From positions 1 through 40,262 of the forward strand of contig DASQKC010000044.1 in assembly GCA_035630755.1 (NCBI GenBank): a DNA stretch of 40,262 nt, written 5' to 3'. Below the pieces are notes generated by a model that worked only from the letters and a program-made list of their open reading frames with translations, did not search any database and was not told the origin of the DNA. Both the position numbers and the translations under genes were made by a program. Positions 32,126 to 40,262 of the stretch are shown one piece after another. Numbering within the stretch: the stretch's first letter is position 1; each line of letters begins with the position of its first letter. The stretch comes from Actinomycetota bacterium. GTDB taxonomy: Bacteria > Actinomycetota > UBA4738 > HRBIN12.

Positions 32126-34501
32126 GTGCCGCATCCGCCCATGACCCCGCCCGGCTCCGAGCTCCGGAGGGTGCGGAGCCTGATCGCCGACCTCGACGGC
32201 ATCGTCTGGGAGGCCGACGCCACGAGCCTGACGTTCTCGTTCGTCTCCGAGGGCGCCGAGGAGCTCCTGGGCTGGCGCCCGTCCGAATGGCTCGCCGACC
32301 CCGACTTCTGGGCCGACCGCCTGCATCCCGAGGATCGCGAGCGCGTGCTGGAGCGGTTCATCCGCGTCGCGCGCGAGGGCGGCGGGTTCGACGAGGAGTA
32401 CCGGCTCGGCGCGAGCGACGGGACCTACGTGTGGCTCCGCGATCTGGGGCACGCCGTGCGCGACGTGACGGGCGTCCCGGTGCTGATCCGCGGGCTCATG
32501 GTGGAGATCACCGACCGCAAGGCCCTGGAGGCGGGCGCAATCGAGACCGAGAACCGGTTCCGCCGCGTGGTCGAGCACCTGCCGGCGATCGTCTACCTCG
32601 AGGCCGCCGAGCACGACGAGGATCTGCCGGGCGCGATGTTGTACGTGAGCCCGCAGGTCGAGCCCATCCTCGGCTTCACGCCGGGCGAGTGGATGGCCGA
32701 CCCGCTCGCGTGGGCGCGCCAGTTCCACCCCGACGACCGCGCGCGCGTCCGCGACGTCTACGAACGCATCGAACGCACCGGCGGCGAGTTCCGGGCCGAG
32801 TACCGGATGTACACGCGTGACGGCGACGTGCGGTGGATCCGCGACGAGGCGGCCCTGGTCCGCGAGCCCGACGGCACCGCCCTGTACTGGCAGGGGATCA
32901 TGTTCGACGTCACCGCCGAGCACGACAGCGAGGAGCGGATGCGTGAGTCCGAGGCCCGCTACGGCGCGCTCGTCGACCAGCTGCCCGCGATCGTCTACTC
33001 CGAGGACCTCACCGGCGACGGGCTCGCCCTGATCTTCATCAACGAGGGCGTCGAGCACCTGCTGGGCATCGGCCGCGAGGAATGGATGGGTGACCCGACC
33101 GTGTGGCTCTCGTCGATCCACCCGGAGGATCGCGAACGCGTGGCCGCCGAGAACCGGCGGGTCGAGGAGACCGGCGAGCCCTTCGAGTCCGAGTACCGGA
33201 TGATCGCGCGCGACGGCCGGGTCCGCTGGTTCGCCGACCGCGCGGTGGTGGTCAGGGACCCAGCCGGGAACGCCCTCGCCTGGCAGGGTGTGATGCTCGA
33301 CATCACCGACCGCAAGCGCGCGGAGACCGAGCGCGCGGAGGCCGAGGAGCGGTATCGAGCTCTCGTCGAACAGATCCCCGTCGTCGTGTACATCGACCCC
33401 GTCGAGGACGGGCCGACCGTGTACATCAGCCCGCAGAGCGAGTCGATGTTCGGCTACCCGCCCGAGGCGTGGTACGCGGACGCCCAACTCTGGTCGAAGA
33501 TCATCCATCCCGAGGACCGGGCGCGCCTGGACGCCGAGCCCGACACCGACGGCGCCACGGCGTCGAGCTACCGGGTGATCGCTGCCGACGGGCGCACGGT
33601 CTGGGTCCACGACACGTCGACGTTGATCCGCGACGAGGAGGGCCGGCCCCGTTACTGGCAGGGAGCGCTCGTCGACGTTACCGAGCAGCACCGCCGCCAG
33701 GGGCTCGAGCGGGCCCTCGAACGGCAGCGCGACGAAGCCGAACGGCTGCGCGCCGAGGACGAGATGAAATCCACGTTCCTGCAAGCGGTCTCGCACGACC
33801 TGCGGACGCCGCTCGCGGCGATCCTCGGGCTCGCCGTGACCCTGGAGCGCGACGACATCGACCTGCCGGTGACCGAGACGCGGGACCTCGCGCGACGCAT
33901 CGTCCAGAACGCTCGCAAGCTCGACGACCTGGTGCAGGACTTCCTGAACCTCGAGCGGCTCCAGCGCGGGCTGGCCCGCCCGATCATCGAGCCCGTCGAC
34001 CTCGGCGCGATGGTCCGCGAGATCGTCGCGAACTCCGACCTGGTGGCCGGGCGCCGCCTCGCGCTCGACGTCGCGCCGCTCACCATCCCGGCGGACGCGT
34101 CGATGGTCGAGCGGATCGTCGAGAACCTGCTCGGGAACGCCGTGAAGCACACGCCGGGTGATTCGCGGATCTGGGTCCGGCTGGACCGGACCGACCACGG
34201 CGCGCTGCTGATGGTCGAGGACGACGGACCGGGCGTGCCCGAGGAGGAGCGCGCCACGATCTTCGAGGCCTACCGCCAGGGGGCGTCGCACGACGCGGCG
34301 TCGGCGGCCGTCGTCGGCGGCTCGGGCGTCGGGCTCGCGTTGATCGCCCGGTTCGCCGAGCTCCACGGCGGGCGCGCCTGGGTCGAGGAGCGCCAGGGCG
34401 GCGGCGCATCGTTCCGCGTGTCGTTCGCGTGGGACCCGCGGGAGCGGACCGTCACCCTGGTGGATCAGCCGACCGAGACGGACTCCGAGCGCCCTACGTA
34501 A
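32126..34501 (+). CDS. multi-PAS sensor histidine kinase
   Basis: 791 aa with four or five PAS-type repeats (recurrent ...HPEDR.RV...EYR......G..RW.). H-box FLQAVSHDLRTPLAAI, then the N/G1/G2 ATPase boxes (LLGNAVKHTP, VEDDGPGVP, GGSGVGLALI). Confidence 0.85.
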   Translation: MPHPPMTPPGSELRRVRSLIADLDGIVWEADATSLTFSFVSEGAEELLGWRPSEWLADPDFWADRLHPEDRERVLERFIRVAREGGGFDEEYRLGASDGTYVWLRDLGHAVRDVTGVPVLIRGLMVEITDRKALEAGAIETENRFRRVVEHLPAIVYLEAAEHDEDLPGAMLYVSPQVEPILGFTPGEWMADPLAWARQFHPDDRARVRDVYERIERTGGEFRAEYRMYTRDGDVRWIRDEAALVREPDGTALYWQGIMFDVTAEHDSEERMRESEARYGALVDQLPAIVYSEDLTGDGLALIFINEGVEHLLGIGREEWMGDPTVWLSSIHPEDRERVAAENRRVEETGEPFESEYRMIARDGRVRWFADRAVVVRDPAGNALAWQGVMLDITDRKRAETERAEAEERYRALVEQIPVVVYIDPVEDGPTVYISPQSESMFGYPPEAWYADAQLWSKIIHPEDRARLDAEPDTDGATASSYRVIAADGRTVWVHDTSTLIRDEEGRPRYWQGALVDVTEQHRRQGLERALERQRDEAERLRAEDEMKSTFLQAVSHDLRTPLAAILGLAVTLERDDIDLPVTETRDLARRIVQNARKLDDLVQDFLNLERLQRGLARPIIEPVDLGAMVREIVANSDLVAGRRLALDVAPLTIPADASMVERIVENLLGNAVKHTPGDSRIWVRLDRTDHGALLMVEDDGPGVPEEERATIFEAYRQGASHDAASAAVVGGSGVGLALIARFAELHGGRAWVEERQGGGASFRVSFAWDPRERTVTLVDQPTETDSERPT

Positions 34502-34507
34502 CCCTCG

Positions 34508-35005
34508 CTACGAGGCGCGGTGGAGCCAGCCCCGCAGGTGGATGGTCATCGCTGTCCGCTCGGTGGCCATGTCCACCTCGTAGGTCATCACGTCGCCCTC
34601 GACGCGGTACCGGCGCTCGAGACCGACGACGTCGAGCCCTGTGTGGGTCCGCCCCACGTCGCCCGGCCCCGCCACGAAGGTGATCGAGGAACCCACGGGC
34701 CGCCCGTGCGCGACCTCGACGAGCCCGAGCGGGTGCGCGAGGGTCAGCTCCACCTCGCCGTCGGCGCCCGGCCGGATGAACCCGCGCTCCAGGTGGATCG
34801 CGGCACCGTCGCCCGACCAGCTCGACTCGATCAGCGTGAGGTACGCGTCGCCGACGTGCCCGATCTCGATCGACTCCCGGTACGGGAACGGGTCGATCGT
34901 CGGGTACTCGCCCTCGCCGTCCCCCTCCCACGTCCCGAGCAGGAACGCGAGGGGCGCGAGGTCGGCATGCAGGGCCGGGGCGTCCACGGTGCGCGAACGT
35001 ACCAC
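34508..35005 (-). CDS. nitrobindin-like (FABP/DUF1794) haem-binding beta-barrel protein
   Basis: 165 aa. LAPLAFLLGTWEGDGEGEYPTIDPFPYRESI is the family N-terminal hallmark. Confidence 0.75.
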   Translation of the reverse strand: MVRSRTVDAPALHADLAPLAFLLGTWEGDGEGEYPTIDPFPYRESIEIGHVGDAYLTLIESSWSGDGAAIHLERGFIRPGADGEVELTLAHPLGLVEVAHGRPVGSSITFVAGPGDVGRTHTGLDVVGLERRYRVEGDVMTYEVDMATERTAMTIHLRGWLHRAS

Positions 35006-35040
35006 GGCCCCCCGACGCGCCGATCCGGTAGCGTGACGCC

Positions 35041-35817
35041 GTGCCCCGGCTCGATCGCATCTCGACGACGCCCGTGAAGGGCACCGCCCTGCACCACCCC
35101 GAGGCCGTGCGTCTGGACGCCGACGGGATCGCCGGGAACCGCCGTTTCCACCTCGCCGACGAGCGCGGCGACCTGTTGAGCGGCTACGACGAGGGCACGC
35201 TCGTCCAGGTCGTCGCCGCGTTCGATCCGTCCACGGACACGCTGCGGTGCGCGTTCCCCGGCGGGGAGGTCGTCGAGGGTACGGCCGGTGTGGTCGGCGA
35301 CGCGGTCGCGACCGTCTTCGACGAGCGCGTCGTCCAGGGTCACGTCGTCGAGGGGCCTTTCTCGGCCGCGTTCTCCGCGTACGTCGGCCGGCCCCTCCGG
35401 CTCGTGCGCGCCGACCGGGAGGGCGACGGCCCCGACGTCCACCGCCTCAGCCTGCTCTCGTTCGCGTCGGTCGAGGAGCTCGGTCGCCGCGGCGGCTACG
35501 ACGGCGACCTCGACGGTCGGCGTTTCCGCATGAACCTCGAGCTCGGCGACGCCGCGCCGTTCGAGGAGGACACCTGGGCGGAACGCGAGGTCGGGGTGGG
35601 GGACGCCGTCGTCCGCGTGCTCGGCCAGATCCCGCGGTGCCGCGTGACGAACCAGGATCCCGCGACCGGCGAGCACGAGTGGTCGACGCTGACGAAGATC
35701 GCCGGCTTCCGTCCGCTCATCGGAGGGAGCGGCCGGGGAATCCCGTTCGGGATGTACGCGGAGGTCGTCCGGCCCGGCGACGTTCGCATCGGCGACCCCG
35801 TCGCCCCGATGGCCTAG
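35041..35817 (+). CDS. MOSC domain-containing protein
   Basis: 258 aa. N-terminal beta-barrel (ISTTPVKGTAL) and MOSC motifs, including the conserved Cys in IPRCRVTNQDPATGE. Confidence 0.8.
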   Translation: MPRLDRISTTPVKGTALHHPEAVRLDADGIAGNRRFHLADERGDLLSGYDEGTLVQVVAAFDPSTDTLRCAFPGGEVVEGTAGVVGDAVATVFDERVVQGHVVEGPFSAAFSAYVGRPLRLVRADREGDGPDVHRLSLLSFASVEELGRRGGYDGDLDGRRFRMNLELGDAAPFEEDTWAEREVGVGDAVVRVLGQIPRCRVTNQDPATGEHEWSTLTKIAGFRPLIGGSGRGIPFGMYAEVVRPGDVRIGDPVAPMA

Positions 35818-35856
35818 CGGCCGCCGACGCCGAGTTCTGAACCCCGCCCGACTACG

Positions 35857-36933
35857 ATGCGCGGGATGAGCCGCGCCGGACACCTGCTGCGCCGCATCGC
35901 GGCCACCGCCGTCTTCCTGACCGCCTGCGGGCACTACTCGGCGGGCGAGGGACCCGCCCCGCAGCTGGCTCCCACGCCCGGCGCGTCCACGACCGAGGCG
36001 TCCTCGCCGATCCCCGAACCCGTGGGGTCGACCTCGCTGACCGGCTGCGATCCGCTCACCGTCGCCACCGGCACCGTCGTCGCCGAGCGGGTCCGCGGGG
36101 ACACGGCCTGCGTGCCGGCGCTCGGCGCCGTGGCCTACCGGTGCGACCCGAGCGTCGACCCCATGGTGGTCCTGGGCCTGTCTGGGCAGATGAAGCGGTT
36201 CGCCGGCGGACGGTTCGCCGTCCCCGCCCTCGCCGTCCCCGAGGACGCCGTCGACGTCGGCGTGACATCCGCGGGCCGGCTCTGGGTCGTCGACGGCGGC
36301 GGCCACGACGCCCTGTACGTCGAGGGGTCCGAGGGCGTCCGCCGTTGGCTCCCGCTCCCCTCCCGCAACGCCGTCGCCGACCCGCCCCAGGCCGTGGTGA
36401 TCGGCGACTCGCTGATGGACGGCTCGCAGGAGGAGCTGGTCGCGGCGCTCCCAGACTGGTCCCTCGCGATCGACGCCGAGATCGGCCGCGGCTCGTTCGG
36501 CGCCGCCGGCGTCGCCGAGGCGCTCCCGCTGCCGATGCCCGACGTCGTCGTCGTCGAGATCGGCACGAACGACGCCGACGCGGCGACCTTCTCGGGGAAC
36601 CTCCAGCGGATCGCGACGGCCGCCGACTCGCCCCAGCTGCTGCTCTGGCTGACCGGGCACGGGCCGGACTCCACGATCGATCTGGTGAACCGCGCGATCT
36701 TCGCCGGGATGGCCGGCCAACCCCAGGGCGCGGTCCTCGACTGGGACACCCTCGTCCCCGCCGACGCCCTGGACCCCGACGGCGTCCACCTGCTCGGCGA
36801 CCGCCAGCACGTGATGGCCGACCTCATCGCCGACCGTCTCGCCGCATGGCAGGACGCCGTCACCGGCGAGGGCACCACAGGTTGCGAGGGCGCTGTGCGA
36901 GCGGCGGCGCGCCGCGCCGACGGCGTCGCGTGA
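35857..36933 (+). CDS. lipoprotein with C-terminal SGNH/GDSL hydrolase domain
   Basis: Lipobox (FLTAC). SGNH blocks VVIGDSLMDG, EIGTNDA and DGVHLL. Confidence 0.65.
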   Translation: MRGMSRAGHLLRRIAATAVFLTACGHYSAGEGPAPQLAPTPGASTTEASSPIPEPVGSTSLTGCDPLTVATGTVVAERVRGDTACVPALGAVAYRCDPSVDPMVVLGLSGQMKRFAGGRFAVPALAVPEDAVDVGVTSAGRLWVVDGGGHDALYVEGSEGVRRWLPLPSRNAVADPPQAVVIGDSLMDGSQEELVAALPDWSLAIDAEIGRGSFGAAGVAEALPLPMPDVVVVEIGTNDADAATFSGNLQRIATAADSPQLLLWLTGHGPDSTIDLVNRAIFAGMAGQPQGAVLDWDTLVPADALDPDGVHLLGDRQHVMADLIADRLAAWQDAVTGEGTTGCEGAVRAAARRADGVA

Positions 36934-36949
36934 GAGGATGCCGCGCGTC

Positions 36950-37026
36950 GGGGCGGTAGCTCAGTCGGTAAGAGCAGCGGACTCATAATCCGTCGGTCGC
37001 AGGTTCGAGCCCTGCCCGCCCCACCA
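36950..37026 (+). tRNA. tRNA-Met (anticodon CAT; elongator-type by sequence, Ile2 not excluded)
   Basis: 77-nt cloverleaf. GGGGCGG-TA-GCTC-AGTCGGTAA-GAGC-A-GCGGA-CTCATAA-TCCGT-CGGTC-GCAGG-TTCGAGC-CCTGC-CCGCCCC-A-CCA. CCA is encoded. Confidence 0.9.
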
Positions 37027-37028
37027 CT

Positions 37029-37046
37029 GAACCCGCAGGTAGATGG
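37029..37046 (+). repeat. 18-mer GAACCCGCAGGTAGATGG, copy next to tRNA-Met
   Basis: Identical to 18394-18411. Begins 2 nt after the encoded CCA. Confidence 0.8.
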
Positions 37047-37159
37047 CCCTCTAGGGCGCTCCGAGGTCAACGGCCGGCGCTGGTGCGCATCGCGGTATGG
37101 GGATACTTCGCGGTCGCCGTCGTCCGGGCCGTGGGGATCTCCAGCGTGAGGTTTACCTG

Positions 37160-37375
37160 ATGGCCGAGCGAACGATTCCGACCGATATCGGCTACGGCCG
37201 CGCGCCGTCACCCCCGACCGCCGAGGCCGCGGCGCTCGAGTACTGGTCCAACCGCATCAGCTTCGGGTCCTTCGCGCCGCGCCCCCCGATCGAACGGTGG
37301 CGGCCCGACCAGCGCGAGCGGTTCGAAGCCGAGCTGCGGCGACTGGAGCGTCACGGCCCCGGCACAGCTCCATAA
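37160..37375 (+). CDS. hypothetical small protein (71 aa)
   Basis: ATG-initiated ORF (MAERTIPTDIGYG...). No family recognised. Confidence 0.35.
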   Translation: MAERTIPTDIGYGRAPSPPTAEAAALEYWSNRISFGSFAPRPPIERWRPDQRERFEAELRRLERHGPGTAP

Positions 37376-37537
37376 GCGTTCGCGGGGTCCTTGTCCGCCC
37401 CGAGAACGGCCCGGCCCTCCGCCGGGCGTCATCGAATGGGAGGAGCGCCCCGGGTCCACCCGGGGCTTCCTCTCGGTCGCTGCGGGCGTCGTGGCGTGTG
37501 GGGTGCGGCTTATGCTTCGGCGCGATCAGGGGGGGTC

Positions 37538-38012
37538 ATGCGCATGGAGCAACGGAAGCTCGCCGGGGTCTGGGCGGTCGGTGCTCGGGTCGCGCTCCTC
37601 ATCGGCTTGTCGCTTCCCTGGCTCGTCCGCCCGGGCAATGATGCCGACCCCCTCGCGGTCGAACGGTCGACCTGTGGGAGCTCATGGTCGCCGTCGGTCT
37701 CGCCGTGACCGCGATCGGGATCGCCCTGCTCAGCTCGCGGGCATCGGCGATCCGGCTCGGCTGGGCGCGCTCCTGGTCCTCGCCTTCGTCGCGCTCGCCG
37801 TCGTGCTGGCCGAGTACGCCGAGCACGCCGAGTACGCCGAGGAGTACGCCACCTTCGATTCGTCGGACTTGGAGGTAGGGTCCGGCATGGTCACGGTGAT
37901 CTTCGCCGCAGCAGCGACGGTCGTGGACGCGTCGTTCGTGCTGCTGCGCCAAGGAGGTCCCCCCAGCGGTCGGACCCCCTGTGCCGCCGCCTCCGTCGTG
38001 AGGCCGCGCTAG
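37538..38012 (+). pseudogene. membrane-protein remnant spread over three frames
   Basis: Hydrophobic helices appear successively in different frames: LAGVWAVGARVALLIGLSL, then MVAVGLAVTAIGIALL, then LGALLVLAFVALAVVLA and MVTVIFAAAATVVDASFVLL. Contains a 9-bp repeat run at 37809-37850 (EYA-EHA-EYA-EEYA). Confidence 0.35.
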
Positions 38013-38022
38013 CCTGCGGGCC

Positions 38023-38436
38023 ATGTCACAGATGGCCGCCCTCCTCGAGCGCGATCGCATCCGCTTCGGGTTCACGGTCGGCCAGGCCGCCTTACCGGCT
38101 CGCTCTTTCCCGACCGCCCTCCGCGCGAGAACCAGTCTCCGGATTGACCCGAGGGTTCGTCCGCGCGGGTCGATGGGGTCGCAGGTATACGCTCGCCATA
38201 GATGCAACGGGTCAAGTCGATCTTGGTCAGGGTTTGGGCATGGCTCTCTCGCCACCCAAACGACGATCCCGATCGGCCCCAGCACGCGCCGTTCTCGTCT
38301 GGCAGGCCGCACGGACAAGGCGGGGCGGGCGGCTAGCGGCGAGGCCATCTCACCCCCGGAGTACCGGCGCCTGATCGCCGGGGAGCCGGTCCAACGCGCG
38401 GGCTGCCGGTTGACCCAACGCGCGGGCGCTCGTTAG
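38023..38436 (+). pseudogene. head-module copy A3: Xre-type HTH gene interrupted by a ~240-bp insertion
   Basis: MSQMAALLERDRIRFGFTVGQAA matches 11688 onward up to about 38102. Homology resumes at about 38344 (ISPPEYRRLIAG against ISPAEYHCLIAG). Confidence 0.55.
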
Positions 38437-38437
38437 C

Positions 38438-38989
38438 GTGCGGACCGTGCGCCGCATCATCGTCCTCGCCCTCGCTCTCGCCGTCGTGCTGGGCGCCGCC
38501 GTGCCGTCCGCCGGCCGTGGCGGGATCCCCCGGGGCCGCTACGCGATCGGGGACTCGGTGATGCTCGGCGCGGCCGAGCACCTACGAGCCCGCGGGATCC
38601 AGGTCCACCCCCACGCCCGCGCGCGGCAGTTCGGCGACGCGCTCGGGATCGTCCGGCACCTGAAGCGCGACGGCCGCCTGAAGCGCAAGATCATCGTCCA
38701 CCTCGGCACGAACGGGGTCGCGATCGACCCCGACAACTGCGATGCGCTGGCGCGGTCCGTCGGCCGGGACCGCCGCCTGTTCTTGGTCACGATCAGGATC
38801 GAGCGGACCTACCGGCGGGCGCAGAACGCCCGGCTCACCCAGTGCGCGAACCGGCACCGCAACACACGGCTGATCGACTGGTACGCCTACAGCCACGACC
38901 ACCCGGGCTGGTTCTACAGCGACGGCTACCACCTGAACGGCACCGGCCGAGTCCGCTACGCCGATCTGCTCGATCGGCGGACCAGCTAG
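38438..38989 (+). CDS. secreted SGNH-hydrolase-like protein
   Basis: Signal peptide. SGNH blocks YAIGDSVMLG, VHLGTNG and SDGYHLN. Confidence 0.7.
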   Translation: MRTVRRIIVLALALAVVLGAAVPSAGRGGIPRGRYAIGDSVMLGAAEHLRARGIQVHPHARARQFGDALGIVRHLKRDGRLKRKIIVHLGTNGVAIDPDNCDALARSVGRDRRLFLVTIRIERTYRRAQNARLTQCANRHRNTRLIDWYAYSHDHPGWFYSDGYHLNGTGRVRYADLLDRRTS

Positions 38990-39033
38990 TCCCGCCCAAG
39001 CTGCCCCGTTCCGCTGGCGCAGCTCATCCCACG

Positions 39034-39119
39034 CCGAGGTGCTGGCGGATGTCGAGCAGGACCTCACCGGCAAGACGCGGGAGCGGCTGATCGCGGGGCT
39101 GCGCGCGGCGCTGGACTAA
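39034..39119 (+). repeat. tail-module copy B8 (5'-truncated)
   Basis: GCCGAGGTGCTGGCGGATGTCGAGCAGGACCTCACCGGCAAGACGCGGGAGCGGCTGATCGCGGGGCTGCGCGCGGCGCTGGACTAA encodes AEVLADVEQDLTGKTRERLIAGLRAALD-stop. It has no start codon and lacks the SSMY part. Confidence 0.6.
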
Positions 39120-39241
39120 CCCACTTGTCCGGCGCTTGTCCGGCGAGACACACCGATAACCGGCGCGAATCCTTGAGTAACGTTCAGCACCAAAGCCGCA
39201 GGTAGAACGGGGTGCGGCGCCCTCGACCATAGCGGGGTGAA

Positions 39242-39290
39242 CGGACTCATTATCCGTCGGTCGCAGGTTCGAGCCCTGCCCGCCCCACCA
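39242..39290 (+). repeat. direct repeat of the tRNA-Met 3' half (attR-like)
   Basis: CGGACTCATTATCCGTCGGTCGCAGGTTCGAGCCCTGCCCGCCCCACCA matches 36978-37026 at 48 of 49 positions. The upstream sequence cannot form the acceptor 5' strand or the D arm. Confidence 0.85.
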
Positions 39291-39731
39291 ACATCTACCT
39301 GTAGGAACGCTGCTCGCTCGCGATCGGTGCACGGTGATCGCTGCCAAGATCGCTGCCATCTCGGCGGTAGCCGGCCCCATCTCAGCGGGAATGCGGGTCG
39401 GTCCGGGGAAACGGGTGATCTACCGCGGGGACCAGGGGGTGGGGAGAAAGTCTGAGCCGTCGGTGAGTGCGTTGGGAGTCCCAGCGCACACATCTGCCGA
39501 TTCCCCGATCCGTGCCACCCCGCCGGGGTCCCGCGGGGCCTGGATCGCTGCCAACGGCACCAAATTCACCGACAGCCCATCGGTCGACCCGCCTCCGGAA
39601 CGGAGACCCGCAGCTCGGTGACCTCGTCACCCCGAGGGCATCCGGCGTCGCACCGGATCCGCCGCGACGGTCCCCGCCAGCACCACGACGGCACCCATGG
39701 GCACCCCCCGGGCCGTGTGCCGGCCCATCCC

Positions 39732-40262
39732 CTATCCCACGCTTCGTCGAGCCGACGACCGAGCCAGCACGTAGGCGCGCCTTGTCTCCATCTCCCCGGG
39801 AAGGGGCTGACGTTCGTGCCTGGCCTCGACGGCGAACCCGGCGCTCTCCAGGTGGTCGATCACACCCTCCGGCTCGAGGAGCCTGAAATCGAGGTCGGGG
39901 ACCTCTCGTCCCCACCAATCGTCGTGCCGAACCTCGGACCCGATGTGGAAGACGACGAGGAAGAGGCCACCCGGCCGGACCACTCGGCGGACCTCATCGA
40001 AGGCGGGGCGGAGTTCTCCGGGCGCGAGATAGATGAAGGAGTAGAACGCAACGGCCGACCCGAACTCGCTCTCGGTTGCCGGGAGCGCCAGGAGATCGCC
40101 TTCCCGGAACTCCACGGTCGTGTGTTCCCGACGGGCGATCTCGATCATCCGGGATGAAAGATCGATACCGACGGCGGGATGGCCGTGGCCCGCGAGCCAG
40201 GCTGCGACGTGCCCGGGTCCACAACCCAGATCGACGATGGGCGCACCGTCCTCGGTCTGCTC
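39732..40262 (-). CDS. class I SAM-dependent methyltransferase (5' end outside window)
   Basis: The frame stays open to the window edge. Motif I VDLGCGPG lies upstream of the track start, followed by VAFYSFIYL and the post-I/II pattern. Confidence 0.8.
   Translation of the reverse strand, partial: EQTEDGAPIVDLGCGPGHVAAWLAGHGHPAVGIDLSSRMIEIARREHTTVEFREGDLLALPATESEFGSAVAFYSFIYLAPGELRPAFDEVRRVVRPGGLFLVVFHIGSEVRHDDWWGREVPDLDFRLLEPEGVIDHLESAGFAVEARHERQPLPGEMETRRAYVLARSSARRSVG

Larger units (their letters stand above)
36950..39305. mobile_element. degenerate ~2.3-kb tRNA-Met-linked islet (no integrase visible)
   Basis: An intact tRNA-Met lies at the left end. A 49-nt direct repeat of its 3' half (1 mismatch) lies at 39242-39290. 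The interior carries head and tail modules and pseudogenes. Confidence 0.6.

Noticed and set aside
32075-36810. Minus-strand ORFs 32075-34366 (763 aa) and 34831-36810 (659 aa)
   Set aside because: They are antisense to the PAS histidine kinase, MOSC and SGNH lipoprotein genes. Their composition is typical of G+C shadow frames.
39209-39290. A second complete tRNA-Met gene
   Set aside because: Only the 3' 49 nt match. The upstream sequence (GGGGTGCGGCGCCCTCGACCATAGCGGGGTGAA) cannot form the acceptor 5' strand or a D arm.

Overview
High-G+C, actinobacterial-type chromosomal window, read by eye from the sequence and the ORF track (no searches or computations). About three quarters is ordinary, well-supported coding sequence. 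This includes SURF1 (partial), a TolB-like lipoprotein, two YtcJ-like amidohydrolases, ferritin, truncated haemoglobin GlbO and a SixA-like phosphatase. It also includes an ECF sigma operon, cspA, a cNMP-binding protein, a two-gene urease (fused ureAB plus ureC) and an S51-type peptidase. The remaining core genes are lhr-nei-ggt, a multi-PAS histidine kinase, nitrobindin, a MOSC protein and SGNH hydrolases. Many long Arg/Pro/Gly-rich ORFs in the track are antisense or off-frame shadows and were not called. The unusual part is two degenerate, integrase-less tRNA-linked islands. One lies between a displaced tRNA-Val 3' fragment (10414-10450) and the intact tRNA-Val(TAC) (18414-18486). The other lies between tRNA-Met(CAT) (36950-37026) and a 49-nt copy of its 3' half (39242-39290). 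Both islands carry the same repeat modules. The tail module encodes ...AEVLADVEQDLTGKTRERLIAGLRAALD-stop, with core GCGGGAGCGGCTGATCGCGGGG. It occurs 8 times, always on the + strand, and closes successive one- or two-gene cassettes of unrelated cargo. A head module, the 5' end of a small Xre-type HTH gene, occurs 3 times. An identical 18-mer, GAACCCGCAGGTAGATGG, sits 2 nt from the 3' end of both tRNAs. No copy of the tail gene is intact, several cargo genes are frameshifted, and no recombinase is visible in the window. I regard this tRNA-linked array of repeat-delimited cassettes as the best candidate for an undescribed system. Its mechanism is inference only.
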